35,593 nt of DNA, taken from NCBI RefSeq assembly GCF_000315625.1, contig NW_005434547.1:1-35593 (forward strand). The letters run 5' to 3'. A model generated the notes under the pieces. That model was not told the origin of the DNA. It did no database searches and was given only the letters and a program-made list of their open reading frames with translations. Positions 10,934 to 22,596 of this stretch are shown piece after piece; within the stretch, counting starts at the first letter, position 1, and each line of letters starts with the position of its first letter. This DNA comes from Guillardia theta CCMP2712. Its lineage: Eukaryota; Protista; Cryptophyta. The translations under genes and the position numbers were made by a program.

Positions 10934-13258
10934 TCATCCCCATCCCATTGGCTCCCTACGAAGAAACCCGATGCTAGAACCATTCACACAGCTGGGCTGC
11001 TGCTGAACCCCTCCCTGCCTGAACGCGTCCATGCTCTGCCCCCAGCTCGTCATTCCTCCGCCATGGCTCCAGTCCTGCGAGGCCACCGGAGGAGCTGCGG
11101 CGAAGGAGCCATAGGGCATCTGCTGACTGGCCATCAAGCTCCCAGGGTAGGACGGGAACCCGTACGAGTGTCCCTGCTGCAAGTTGAAGTCACTCTGAGC
11201 TAGCGGCGAGACAAGATCTTGCGAGCTGATGAACTCGGCGGCAGCTGGTTGGAAGGTGAAGGGCTTGTTGACCGGAGTCGCCAAGGCTGATTGAGACAGA
11301 GCTGGGAAGGGGTTGTGAGGTTGGAAAACTGTGTTGGAGGTTGCGAACGTCGGCTGATGCTGAGCCTGGAAAGGGGTAGATGAACCAGCAAACCCTTGTT
11401 GTGCAGGAAAACCAGCCTGAGTTGGGAAAAATGATTGAGCCGAAAGATCAGACTGGCAGCCGAAAGAAGAATGCGAAGAAAAAGTGGGCTGAGCTGAGAA
11501 AGAATTTTGAGGAGGAACAGGAGCCTGAGCTGAGAAAGGGCTTTGAGCTGGAAAGGCAGACTGGGGAGGGTAAAGAGGCTGAGACGCCATCGAAGAGCTG
11601 AGAGATGGCTGGAGGGTCAAGGATGGCTGGGCCAGAGTTTGGATGCCATGTGCATCTCGGGTATGAGCTGCCGGCCCAGCAAAAGAGCCTGACATGTCGC
11701 ACATACCACCGAGGCCGCGTTGGGGAGTTGAAGATAGCAGCGGCTGGCGAGAGTTTGGCATTCCTGGAGACATCTCGGGGAACTGAAGCTTCATAGCTAC
11801 ACCTGAGATCCCGTCAGGGAAATCGAGTTGGCGAAGGGCGTTAGTAGCCAAATGAAACTCTGGAGTGATTGAGTCTGGGGTTGCGCAAGTCTGATAGCGA
11901 GACCCGACAGGCGTCACCTTCTCCTCCAGCGGCTCAGCCAGGGACGGGAGCTGAGGAGTTCTTCGTGCCCTCCTGCGTTTCTTCACAGCGGGCTGGGCAG
12001 CAGTCGGCACGTTCAAGCCGCCTGAGCTCGACGGCTGAGTGGAATTCGATGTCAAAGTTGAAGTCAACGGCTGCAACTGCGTCGGTTGTGCGACCGAAGT
12101 CCGTGGCTTCCGGCCATGTAACGGTTGAAACATCTCAAATCCAATGACCTGCGTATTGAGAAGCACATAGTTGGCCCTAGCTGGCTTGGCTGGAGCCTTG
12201 CGACTTGTCCCCTTGCTGGCCTTCAAGCTGCCAACAGCTGAAGCGCTCGCAGGACCTGGCGGTACAGCAGACCCGCCAGCTGAGTCTTGCGAGATGATCG
12301 CCATGGCATATGAGCAACTCTTGAATCGCTTCTGCGGGCTCGACATCTCCTCAGCAGCCGCATCATCAGCCCTTTGCCCGGCTCCCTCCTCCGCCATCGA
12401 CCCTCCCTCCTCTACTACTTGTCCCTCCTGTGTCAACTCCTCCAATCCCTCTCCTATACCCGTCGCCTCCTCTGGTGCTGCTTCCTGTTCCAGCATCCTC
12501 TCTCCCTCCTCCTTCCCCTCTTCCGCATTCTCCACCTCCTGCCCTGCTCCCACTCCCGCCGTCGTTGTCCCATCCTCTGACTCCGCAGTATCCGCCATTC
12601 CTCCTCTCTCCTCTGATTCTTGTCCATCAGATCTCACCAGCTCCTCTGCTCCATATCCTGCCATCGTCGCTCCTTCCTGCTCTTGTCCTAGCTGCATCAC
12701 ATCCTCCTTCGCCGCCACCGCCACTGCCGTCGCGACCACCTCTGCCTCCTGGTTCATGCCTCCCTCTCCGACACTCCCCTCGTCCTTGGAGGGCGTGCTG
12801 GAAGCCATGTCGTCTCCCAGCTGGCCGACTCCATCCTCTGCTGTTTCAGGGATGTCTGAGCAAGAGCCCGTCAGATCTACACAAGCCTCAGCGTCTTCCT
12901 TGGGTTGATTTGCCCCGCGTCTGCTTCTTGTGTACGCTGAGCTCCTGCCCCTGTACGATCTTCTCTTGGATCGTTTTGGTGGACTTGAAACCTCCTCCCT
13001 TACATCCTCTTCGTCTGCCTGTCCGTCGCATGATGCCTCTCCTGCCGTAGTCGCTCCTTCCTCCAATGCCTGTTCGTTGACCGTATCTTCCTTGTCTTGT
13101 CTGCCTCCTGCCGTGGTCGCGACCACCTCTGCCTCCTGGTTCATGCCTCCCTCTCCGACACTCCCCTCGTCCTTGGAGGGCGTGCTGGAAGCCATGTCGT
13201 CTCCCAGCTGGCCGACTCCATCCTCTGCTGTTTCAGGGATGTCTGAGCAAGAGCCCAT
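10934..13258 (-). CDS. 774-aa intrinsically disordered ORF (acidic N-half, Q/S/P/F-rich C-half); either the tail of the BRCT gene or a separate gene
   Basis: Long uninterrupted ORF with SPxK motifs, a VDLT motif and an internal 47-codon exact duplication. Its junction to the upstream BRCT exons is unresolved. Confidence 0.7.
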   Translation of the reverse strand: MGSCSDIPETAEDGVGQLGDDMASSTPSKDEGSVGEGGMNQEAEVVATTAGGRQDKEDTVNEQALEEGATTAGEASCDGQADEEDVREEVSSPPKRSKRRSYRGRSSAYTRSRRGANQPKEDAEACVDLTGSCSDIPETAEDGVGQLGDDMASSTPSKDEGSVGEGGMNQEAEVVATAVAVAAKEDVMQLGQEQEGATMAGYGAEELVRSDGQESEERGGMADTAESEDGTTTAGVGAGQEVENAEEGKEEGERMLEQEAAPEEATGIGEGLEELTQEGQVVEEGGSMAEEGAGQRADDAAAEEMSSPQKRFKSCSYAMAIISQDSAGGSAVPPGPASASAVGSLKASKGTSRKAPAKPARANYVLLNTQVIGFEMFQPLHGRKPRTSVAQPTQLQPLTSTLTSNSTQPSSSGGLNVPTAAQPAVKKRRRARRTPQLPSLAEPLEEKVTPVGSRYQTCATPDSITPEFHLATNALRQLDFPDGISGVAMKLQFPEMSPGMPNSRQPLLSSTPQRGLGGMCDMSGSFAGPAAHTRDAHGIQTLAQPSLTLQPSLSSSMASQPLYPPQSAFPAQSPFSAQAPVPPQNSFSAQPTFSSHSSFGCQSDLSAQSFFPTQAGFPAQQGFAGSSTPFQAQHQPTFATSNTVFQPHNPFPALSQSALATPVNKPFTFQPAAAEFISSQDLVSPLAQSDFNLQQGHSYGFPSYPGSLMASQQMPYGSFAAAPPVASQDWSHGGGMTSWGQSMDAFRQGGVQQQPSCVNGSSIGFLRREPMGWG
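12729..13256 (-). repeat. Exact 141-bp in-frame direct repeat (12729-12869 and 13116-13256)
   Basis: Identical DNA offset by 387 nt (129 codons). It encodes GSCSDIPETAEDGVGQLGDDMASSTPSKDEGSVGEGGMNQEAEVVAT. Confidence 0.95.
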
Positions 13259-15622
13259 TTTGATTTAACCGGAAAACTTTGAAGACTGACTGGTGTCTCG
13301 TATTTAGAAACGCGACTGGGAGACGTCGGCCCACATTGCTTGTTCAAAGCGATCTCGCATGTCTCGTCATCTTCGAGTGCTTTTCTTTGATGTGAGTTCT
13401 TCTTGTCATTACCTTTTGAGATTTCTAAGATTGAATCCTGTTCCTTTGCTTCATGTTGTCTGACTTTGTGGCGCTCAGGATTTGAAGGCCCGGGTAATTT
13501 GACATCGAGCTCTGCGATTTTGATTGTGGCTGTGACGTCACGTTTCCTGCAGATAGCAAATGCACTCTCCATTCGTCGCGCTGCGAATTCAGAGTCTCTG
13601 CTCTGCGACCTGCACTTGTGGTGCGAGGGGTGGCTTGATTCAACTCCACTGAAGGGTTTTCCTCTAGAATCATCAGCTCTGTACTCCACATCATGGCCAT
13701 CCACATCCAAGTGAAGCTCTTCCGACATTTCATCTTTCATAGCGATTGAGGAAGGAGCATTTTCATCGTCCCTGTCGTCGCAGGTGAATTTTGGAGGATC
13801 ATCCACAACCTCCTCCTGCAAAGCCCTTCTTTCACCCTGTTTGAAATCGAATCATCTAACGGTCGAAAGAATGAACGAGGGTAGGTGCTTACCGCAGACT
13901 GACAGACTGCTGAAGGTTCACGTTCACTCTCACTCTTACGGTTTCCATCATTCAAGTTCTCTGCAACCGTTACATCTGCCGCAACAGACGTACGCATGTC
14001 GGAGCGCACCTAGTACAAATCAAGAATCTTAGATCTAGGAAGAATCATTCCAAGTCACAAACCTCATTTTGACCACAGATCTGCGCGAGAAAAGCACCCC
14101 GATTCCGACGCGACAAGACTTTGTTATCCACGGTAGAAGTGTGCTTATGATTGTTGTTCTGTACAGCATTGTTGACTTCACACTTTGATCGGGCTGATTT
14201 CAACTCTTTGTCAGCAATCTTCGTTGAGGAATCCGCATCATAGGATCCCATGACGTCGCTCGTTTCAATCTTGGCAAGTGGATCTTCTGTTGTCTGACCA
14301 TCAAGCGGATCTTCTGAAAAGGAATGCACGGATTCAAGATTATCCGCCCATCGCACAGAAAGTTTGCATTTGGTTGGCCACTCATTCAGCAAAAGACTGC
14401 TCGCCTGAACATTTAGCAAACTTCTCGATCCCTTCATGTTGCTTCGAACTGGACGTTTGTTCCTGTCAAACGCGAGAGCTGCTGATTTGTTATCTGCCGT
14501 GTCTATATATTGAGACGTCACTGCAACAATGAATTCGTCGTTCCGATTTGAGTCGGGCTTGTATTCTTCGTGATCCAGCCGCTTGACGCAAAAGAACTTG
14601 ATACAATCCCACAGCCATCTCTCCTGCATCGATACTGAGCGTTTCGTTTCATTCAGCAAGATTCTCATTACCTTGACGACAGGGATCCTCTTGCGTTGAG
14701 CATACTCAAACTTGTCTCCGTGCGCATTGGTCGCGATCAAGACAGTGCATGTAGTATCCAGATGATCCGACCATGTCGCCCCGCATATTTCTGCCGCTCT
14801 TTTGAGAGTCTGCTTTCCGTTTGGCCCTGAAAGAATCTCATCATTTAGGAGTACCATGAAAGCAAACCACACCTTGTCCTGTTGAACATATTGTATGCCC
14901 ATCCAGCAGTCTGAATCGATGATCCCACGGTTTTTGCAATGTGCGCAGTTTCCAGCAACTGGTGAGAAGAGTCAGGTTGGCATCCTTGCGAGGCACAATC
15001 ACCTTTGCAACCAGGAAAGGTTAACCACTGAAATCTCCGCATCTCCGTTTACACAATTCATCAATCGTGTGCCCAGTATACTCTTCTCCATATTCTCTGC
15101 AGTCAAGATTGAAGGTGATAGAATGATTACCCTGGTCTTTTCTTCGATCTCGTTCTGATAATCTCCTCCCATGGCATTGACCATCATGCATACATCCTCA
15201 ATCTCTTTATCGCTGTTGGCATCTGTTGCATACGCAACATTCCACCCGTAAAGTGTTGAAGTTAAATGCATGCGGCAGCCGGGATCAACCATATCAGGAA
15301 TCCCTTTGCCGCATGAGAAGCAGTGCTCCAAATATTCTATCCCCAGAATCACAAGTCTATCCATCAACTTAGATTCCCGCGATAGCTGTGTCAGTTCCTT
15401 GAGAACCCTCCTTCGGAACCTATTAGCAGCCTGCATGTCGCCCGAAGAAACAACGACGAGGCTGCTGGTCGGCGTTTCATACTTGTCTCTGATGATGACT
15501 TTGTGACTGGCAATCTTGACCTGGGGTATCCCTAGGCAATCAAGCACATGGCATGCTCTTATTACTTCTTCCGACGTCAAGCACGATCCTAAAGTCGCTA
15601 TCATGTTTGATTCTTTGACCAT
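13141..15622 (-). CDS. Multi-BRCT protein, TopBP1/Rad4/Dpb11-like N-terminal BRCT triplet
   Basis: Spliced (e.g. 44-nt intron 14959-15002): ...MVNAMGGDYQNEI...VVNLSWLQSCW...LLDGHTICSTG...KRAAEICGATWSDHLDTTCTVLIATNAHGDKFEYAQRKRIPVVK|ERWLWDC. This gives two clear BRCT repeats with WxxxC, preceded by a degenerate one. Further exons link in frame through 14009 and 13821. Confidence 0.8.
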
Positions 15623-16020
15623 TCAACCCCTAGTCTTGATCACTGTTTTCCGAGTGAAGAAAGACTGGATCAATCACACATGGTTCGAAGATGACAGGTG
15701 TGATCAACAATTGACCTTGAAATCAAATCAAATTCAATGGAGCCTGGACAAGTCTTCTTCCATTCTTTCCAGCGCCTGAAAGCTGAGTAAGAAGCAAATC
15801 AACATTGAGCGACTATTGTAAACGACTAGATTTGTTTAAGTCACATGTAATGTGTTTTGTCGTGTGATTATTGTGCCTGCATATGCCCCTACCTGCTAGC
15901 GTGCACCACGGACACGATGTTTCAACGAAATCGAAATCATCACAGATTTGCTTTCCTTTCTTGCTAATGGATCCTCCATCCCTTCCCTCTACGTCACCCC
16001 CATCAGTTCAGTTGACAGTC

Positions 16021-16079
16021 ATTCTGCATTCTCTGCCTACACTCTCATTCTGCATTCTCTGCCTACACTCTCATTCTGC
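16021..16079. repeat. 26-bp tandem repeat (attctgcattctctgcctacactctc x2.3)
   Basis: Direct observation. Confidence 0.9.
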
Positions 16080-16728
16080 CCTGCTCCTGCGTCTTCTATC
16101 GGGCTTCGACAGGATGAATTCGCTGAGCATGCCCGCGCGCGCCAAATGCAGAAAATCCGAAAGAAGGGTAGTTTGCTGAAAAAGTGTTATAAATTTTATT
16201 GTCTACACAAGATCATTTTCAAATATCAGATATCAATTTCATCACTTTTCGGTGAGGACAGGCTGAGGACCCCTGGCGAAAAATGGCCACTAGAGACAGA
16301 AACTATCTCCCGCCAACACAACGAAACAGTAACGGAAACTGTAACCGTAAAATCACCCGGTCCATCGGGGCCGAACAGACTCGGACTGGGTGACTGGGGG
16401 GTCCGACGGTTGAAGTTGCATAACGGTCGCCGAGATTTTGGCGAGATATTTTCAACAAGATCTCTGTAGAGTTTCAAATTTCCTAGCAAGATTTCACAAC
16501 GCTAAGATCTCCCGCGGCACGAGCTTGGCCTTAAATGTCGGGGAATGTCAGGGCGGGGAAGGCAGGGCAGGAGAATGAAGAGAGAAGATGAAGAGAGACA
16601 AGTGAGCACGAGAAGGAGACGAGGAAGGAGTAGAAGTAACGTGAGAAGACTGAGCACTGCTGCTCACGAAGGAGAAGAGGAACGATCCAAGTAGAACATA
16701 GAGGCCCGATGATGAACAGCTGAATTGA

Positions 16729-19238
16729 TTAAGTGCACACTTTTAGGATATCAGGTGATTGGAGACGAGAATGGAAAGGGGCGACTAGGCACAGGATGGG
16801 TTTGAACAGTTCGTTGCCTTGTTTGGTTGAGAAAAGGAGGAGGCAGATAATGATTTTCTCATACCGCAAGTGATTACTGTTGAAACCTCTTGACTCAAAA
16901 CCCCTCCTGGGCAGCCTGGCCGACTGACACCACGCTCCCTTTAGATGAACAAGTCTACTCAATTTAACCTCGTTGTTGCTGCTGGAGCCATCGCCAGCTT
17001 CTCCATCGTCGCTCTCCAGCGACACTATGGTACACAAACTTACTCGTGTTTGTGTGAAAATGACTTGGATCGATAGCTCCCGTGCACAAGTTGAACCACG
17101 ATGGCAGCACATCCAAGGTTGTTGAGAACTACAACAGATTCCGCCAGACCAACTGAAGCCATCTGGTTTGAGTAGCGTCAGGATGAATCCTTGATATGTA
17201 ATGTAGACTTGGTCAAGAGATTGTCCTCTTTGCGCGCTGCACCCCAACTCTAGGGTGTTCGTTTCAGGAGCCATGACTTCTTTTCTCCGAATCCTGTCAT
17301 GCCATCCCAAGTCAAACTCCATTCACGTCTGATACTGGTATTGATATCACCTGGGATCGGCATCCATTCCTCCCACTTCTTCTCCTTCTTCCTCATCCAA
17401 TCTTGATGCTCGTCCTCATCGCTTGTGGAGGAAGTTGCGTGTGTATTTGCTGCCTTTGCTTCCTTTCCTTTGTCAGTCATGGTCCTTCCCCTGCTGCCAG
17501 CCGGCTGTTCGCTTGGCTGCGGTGAGGCCTGCTGTAGCGCGAACAGTTCAGTTCAGAGCTTTGATCTCCTCAAAGCAATAGAGTCTCTTCTACCTGTTTC
17601 TTTGGGTGCAAAGAAGATAGCTTCTTCTTGAGAGCAGCTAGAATCCCCTCAATTTTCTGACAGGTCGCATGTCAGTACGAGGACATGCCGTGCGAAGCAT
17701 TCACGAAAAGAACCACAAAACAATCTCGCATTGAGCGATCCTTACATTCATCGCTTTCATGGTTGCTGAGAGCTTCGAGGCATCTTGTCCGGAAGATTTT
17801 GCACTCTTCGCGCCAACCACGCGTTGCAGCTGTGGATCAACAGGAGCATTTCAACCATGTGTTATGTTGAATCTGCGAACTCACATCATAGATCATTTTC
17901 CGGAGCTTCAGCCTTTCGAAGGCAAGCCTTTGGCTCTCTGATTTTGCATTCTCTTCTTTCGTTATGCTCGGCCCGGCTGTTGTCTTCCGTCCTGGTTGTT
18001 TGTGCGACTGCGAAATCTTTTTCACGACATTCTGGTAGGCAGTTTGACGTGCAATGGCTGCTTGTGCTTGAGCTTTTGCCTGAATGCTATTTACAACATT
18101 ACTCGGGTGATCAGTTAGCCGTACCTTTCGATCTAGAATACTCTCAGCACTTTTAGAAGCTTTATCCAACCTGTCTTGTGTTACAAGAAATAATAACTAA
18201 TTGAAAGCCCTCGCTCACAAATCAGCCTCTCGTTTCCTCCGCTTCCTGCCCAGAAAGAAGCAAAAATCAGACTTGCAATGCTTGTTGGGCACAGGAACTT
18301 CTACATTCGCTCCAGCGCAAGGGCCTTCCTCGCCATGGAGAGCGGGGAGGTCTCTGGCGCCTTGCCTGCTTTACTTTCCTGCTGTGTAGCATTCAGTGAC
18401 CTTGTGGGCGTTCAGCATGACAAGCACTGAACCTGCTTATGAGCCTGCTGTGTACTTGTCGTCGGAGTTGTACTGGATTGATCCCCCCACTTGAGAAAGA
18501 AGGACGAGCCATCGGCGTCGTGGTGTTTCACTGGCAACGGAGGGCTCGGAATCTTGAGAGCAGAGCAAGTCAGTGCAGAGAGTTTCAAGGGGCGAGCAGG
18601 ACCTTATGTTTCCCGTGCTCCAGCTTCCAGCCATCGAGAAGCTGCTTCTTGTTACTCCACCCTGAAAACCTTTGGAGCCCGGGCTGACTCTCCTAGCATT
18701 CGCCATCAGAACCGGGTGTGCAAGCAAGAACAAACTGCTGGACGGTCGAGCATACCTTGTGATGAAGATGAGTTGCCTCGTCGCTTTCTTTCTTTGCAAT
18801 CTTCTTGATCTCGTCTATCGTCTTCAAGGCACCTGAGAGGCTTCAGAGACGGAGCTATCTTGCCCTCATGCTGAGTCACCGGTTTTAACGATCCCAACAT
18901 GGTCCGTCTTCGTCGCCTCATCGGAGATAGCAGCTTTCCTTACTTCCTTGAGAGAGCTATGGTCATACCATTCATTGGCCTTCTTGAGCTTTCCTTCTTG
19001 GTCTGCAAACAAACAAGCATCAACCGATGTATAGCGATCCCTCCATAAATCCAGCCCCAGAGTAAAACCACGTTATCGTCCACATCTTCTCACACAGAGG
19101 ATTCTGCAGCTGCATTCTCTTAACGTGAGATTTCATCTTCTCACCTCTACCTTCGCTGATTCCAAGCATGCATGCCAATACCGCCGTCACCAGCCGCCGC
19201 CTCCAATTCCATCGCTTCCACCATCCCATTTCTGGCAT
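16729..19238 (-). CDS. Hypothetical intron-rich protein with N-terminal hydrophobic signal/anchor, Lys-rich and partly helical
   Basis: Starts MPEMGWWKRWNWRRRLVTAVLACMLGISE. About 10 consecutive exons splice in frame (GALKTIDEIKKIAKK; ESQPGLQRFSGW; AKAQAQAAIARQ; KIEGILAALKKKL; WMRKKEKKWEEW). Both ends are uncertain and no family was recognised. Confidence 0.65.
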
Positions 19239-20038
19239 TTCTCCCGAACTATCAGTGCTGCACCGTGCCATCACTGCTGGCACTTGACCGGGCGGGCCGC
19301 CCGCTGGGTGGCCCCGGCACTCACTTCAATTCCTTGACTGCGTCACGGCCGCCCCGGCACAGTCACGCCTGGATATTCGACCATTATGAATAACGATATA
19401 TAAAAAGCATAATATTCATAACGCGCCTGGTGGAAGAGGTCCCCTGTCCACCCCACTTTTGAAGTCAGGAGGCCGGTAGGGGGTCCGAAAGACTGTTTGC
19501 TGACGTTATACTTTCTCATAATAGGTGTAGTACAATCATAACAACCTTATGACATTTTATAATGACTATGTCCATGTGCCATCAGCACAATCACGGACAC
19601 CTCTCAAAGGGGTCGCAGTAACGATCTGTTTGACCTCCTATGAATATTTACCTGTATTTTTGAAATTTGAGAATAAATATTCTCTGATTGGAAATCTGGA
19701 TTTCAAGGTTTGTCGGGAGGCGGGGCCATGGCTCGTATCTGCAAAGGGGGAATACAAATTTTGTTGAATGAAAATCTCTCCATACCACATTATCCTTCCT
19801 AAATTTCAAAAATACATTGAGAAATCGAAATCAATTACTTGTACTACAAGACTGTAGTAATAAGTGTGGTAAAGCATTGCACAAAGATCTGAAACAGAGA
19901 AAGGAAGTGCAAACAGCACACAACGGTTGCCAGCAGCAGAGAGTTGAAGCAACGAACGATCAACTTCCTCCCTAAACCACCTTTCTCTTCAACTTTTCCT
20001 CAAGAACACGACAGATCGTCTGCTCGGAGCTATCTGGC

Positions 20039-20467
20039 ATGTGTTTGATGGCGTTCCGATGCATGGAGACCGTCGCCCAAAGCTTGCACACATTCGAGGA
20101 GGAGAGCTTGCCACGGAGCGTGCATCTGGCAGAGCCTGCGAATGAGGATGTGCAGCCAGTGGGGAACAAAAAGAGTCGAGCCGTGCTGAAGGATGATTTC
20201 GAACAGTTTTATGGCATGAACTTGTGTGAGCACACCCTCTATCAGGGCAATCAGGGCATGGAATGTTCAAGAAACAGAAGAGCAAGCTCCGGATCCCTCC
20301 AAGAAAAGCAAGGCCCTAGCCCCCTCAATCGACGTTTTTCGTGCTACCTTGGACAATCTTTCTCTGAGGACCATGACGTGTTGACGTCTGCTTCGAAAGA
20401 CAACAGACTTCTCGAGATTTTGCAAGGGCTTGCGGAGAAAAATGTCGTTGAGAAGCTGCAATGCTAA
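20039..20467 (+). CDS. Hypothetical 142-aa ORF
   Basis: Normal amino-acid composition in moderate-GC DNA, followed by an AT-rich 3'-like region. No motif recognised. Confidence 0.35.
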   Translation: MCLMAFRCMETVAQSLHTFEEESLPRSVHLAEPANEDVQPVGNKKSRAVLKDDFEQFYGMNLCEHTLYQGNQGMECSRNRRASSGSLQEKQGPSPLNRRFSCYLGQSFSEDHDVLTSASKDNRLLEILQGLAEKNVVEKLQC

Positions 20468-20789
20468 AGGGAAATCGCTTCGCCTCAATGTTTATTTATG
20501 TTTGTTTCTGTTAATTCCTTTTATCTTTTGTATATGAAACCTCGTTGATCACACACCCTCTGCCTGGTTTGCCAAGGCATCTCATTCAGGCGGAATCGCT
20601 CACCCTGAGTGGCTCAGCCCTCAGTTATTAGTATCAGAGACCTGCAAACAGTAAGCTCAAGTCTCTCAGTTGATGTGAGAGATATGTCATTCATTAGAAG
20701 TGCAAAAGTTTGGACTCCCGAGCTCAAGTCTCCGCAACAAGGAACTTACTAGTTAGTCTTAATCACGGCAGTGAATGACTTGACAGTAA

Positions 20790-21875
20790 TCAGGAGTGAT
20801 CGAGCCTACTGAATGCCGACTCACTGTCGGTCAGTCAATCCTTGCTGTCACAGTGATCAAGATGGATCGCTGGTGACTGAAAATCGGGCTGTAAACCAAT
20901 TTGGCAAGACGACCCTTACCGTACGTGGCAAGTTGGCAGTTGCGAGCCTGACGCGGCCGCAGCCGCGGCGCGGCAGTGCCAGGCCTGACGGTCACGGGGG
21001 CCGCCGTGACCTGAGTGACTCAGTGACGGTACCGTGCCGTTTGACCGTCGGACCGTACGGCGAAGCGGCGGCCCGGCTGGCGCCGTCCGACTCACAGCCT
21101 CCGAGCTCGGAGTCACGGCACCGCGGGCCGTCGGTCGGACTCAGTGAGGCCGCTTCAAGCCGCGGAGCCCTGAAGTCCCGGCAAGCCGGGCCGACCGTCG
21201 TCGGACGGCGGCGGGCCGCCGGGCCTTCGATTCGGCGAGTCAACGGTTGAACCCGGCCCCCCGGGCGTCTTTCCGTCGGACTGAGACGGTCCGATCCTCT
21301 GCGGCTGAGAGTCTGCCGCCACTCGGACCGTGAGTCGTCACGGCGTGCCGCCGCCGCACTGCGGCCTGAGTGCCCGGCGGCCCGGCCTGGTGAGTCCCTC
21401 GGAGTCCCGGACCGCCGACAGTCTCCGGCCTAGTCAACCGCCGCGTGACCACCGGGCCCATACTGGCAGCGGCCACCGGCCCGGGCCCGGCCTCCGCCGG
21501 CCCGGCGGGCCGAGCCCCGGGCGGCGCGGCCCCGCCGGGTGGCCGGGCGGGCCGCGGCGTCACTCACTGCCATGCCGGCCGCCCGGCACTCACCCAGGCC
21601 GGGCCCCGGCCCGGGCACTGCGGCAAGGCGCCGCGCCGTACGGCTGCGGCACACTCTGCCAGGCTGAGCTTTGGCACAGTCACTGGCACGGTGGCACGGC
21701 CATCTGAGCACGCGCCCCCGCGTGGTGCCGCAGTCACTGGGCCCGGGCCGCCCCCCGGGCCCGGCGCGGCGCCGCGGCAGCCGCGGCCCCGGCGGCCCGG
21801 TACGCCGGGCAGCCTCCGAGCTCGCCGGGCTGAGGCCCGGGTCGGCCGGGCCGGGCCGAGGGTCGGGCCGGTGCT
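20790..21875. other. GC-rich intergenic island
   Basis: Same motif vocabulary (gactcag, gtcacgg, ccgggccc, gccgcggc). Upstream of NAC beta. Confidence 0.7.
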
Positions 21876-22496
21876 CAGTGTTGTGTGGGGATGAGGAGCC
21901 CATAGAAGTCAGGGAGCTCGTGCGCGGAATGTACAACATGAAGGAACGAGGAAGGGAATGAGAGAAGGGGCAGGGGAAGAAGAGGAGGAGAGAAGAAGAG
22001 GAGGAGAGAAGAAGAGGGAGAAAGAGGAAGAGAGCAGAAGATGAAGAGAAAGCGAGGAGAAGGACAGAATGGTCAGGATACAGAGAAAAGGGAGCGATCG
22101 AGTTCATATGAGCGATGGGTGTCATCGAGCGAGGGGAAATAGGCGAAGGTAAAAGAATGGAAAAGTATCTTGAGGAACAACGAGAAGTTTGCAGTCAGAC
22201 AGTAAGGGAGGAAGATGGATGGACGAATACCTTGATGTTACATTGCTAGAGCTGTTGAAGCACGCAGGGGAGGTGAGCAGCTTTGATTGAGCCTTGAAAA
22301 ACCAGGAAACGCCAACTAGGCTATCAGTTGCTGACCATGTAGAGGGTGAATATGCATGATGGATGAGATGGGTTGGAAGCGCGAGGATTGAGACTTTCCT
22401 GCTTGAGCTGGGTGAGGGTAGCAAAGAGGAAGAAATCCTGATGGAAGAAAAGTGGGAAGGAGAGTGTAGAGCAAGGGGAGATCATGCGAGAGGAAG

Positions 22497-22596
22497 NNNN
22501 NNNNNNNNNNNNNNNNNNNNNNNNNNNNNNNNNNNNNNNNNNNNNNNNNNNNNNNNNNNNNNNNNNNNNNNNNNNNNNNNNNNNNNNNNNNNNNNN
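22497..22596. other. Assembly gap (100 N)
   Basis: Run of N. Confidence 1.

Noticed and set aside
12171-13268. Plus-strand Ser/Pro-rich ORFs
   Set aside because: Antisense shadows of the Glu/Gly-rich minus-strand ORF.
20813-22125. Overlapping P/R/G/A-rich ORFs in GC islands (also 1702-2336 and 29905-30500)
   Set aside because: Open in several frames on both strands simply because of extreme GC content, with no protein-like composition.
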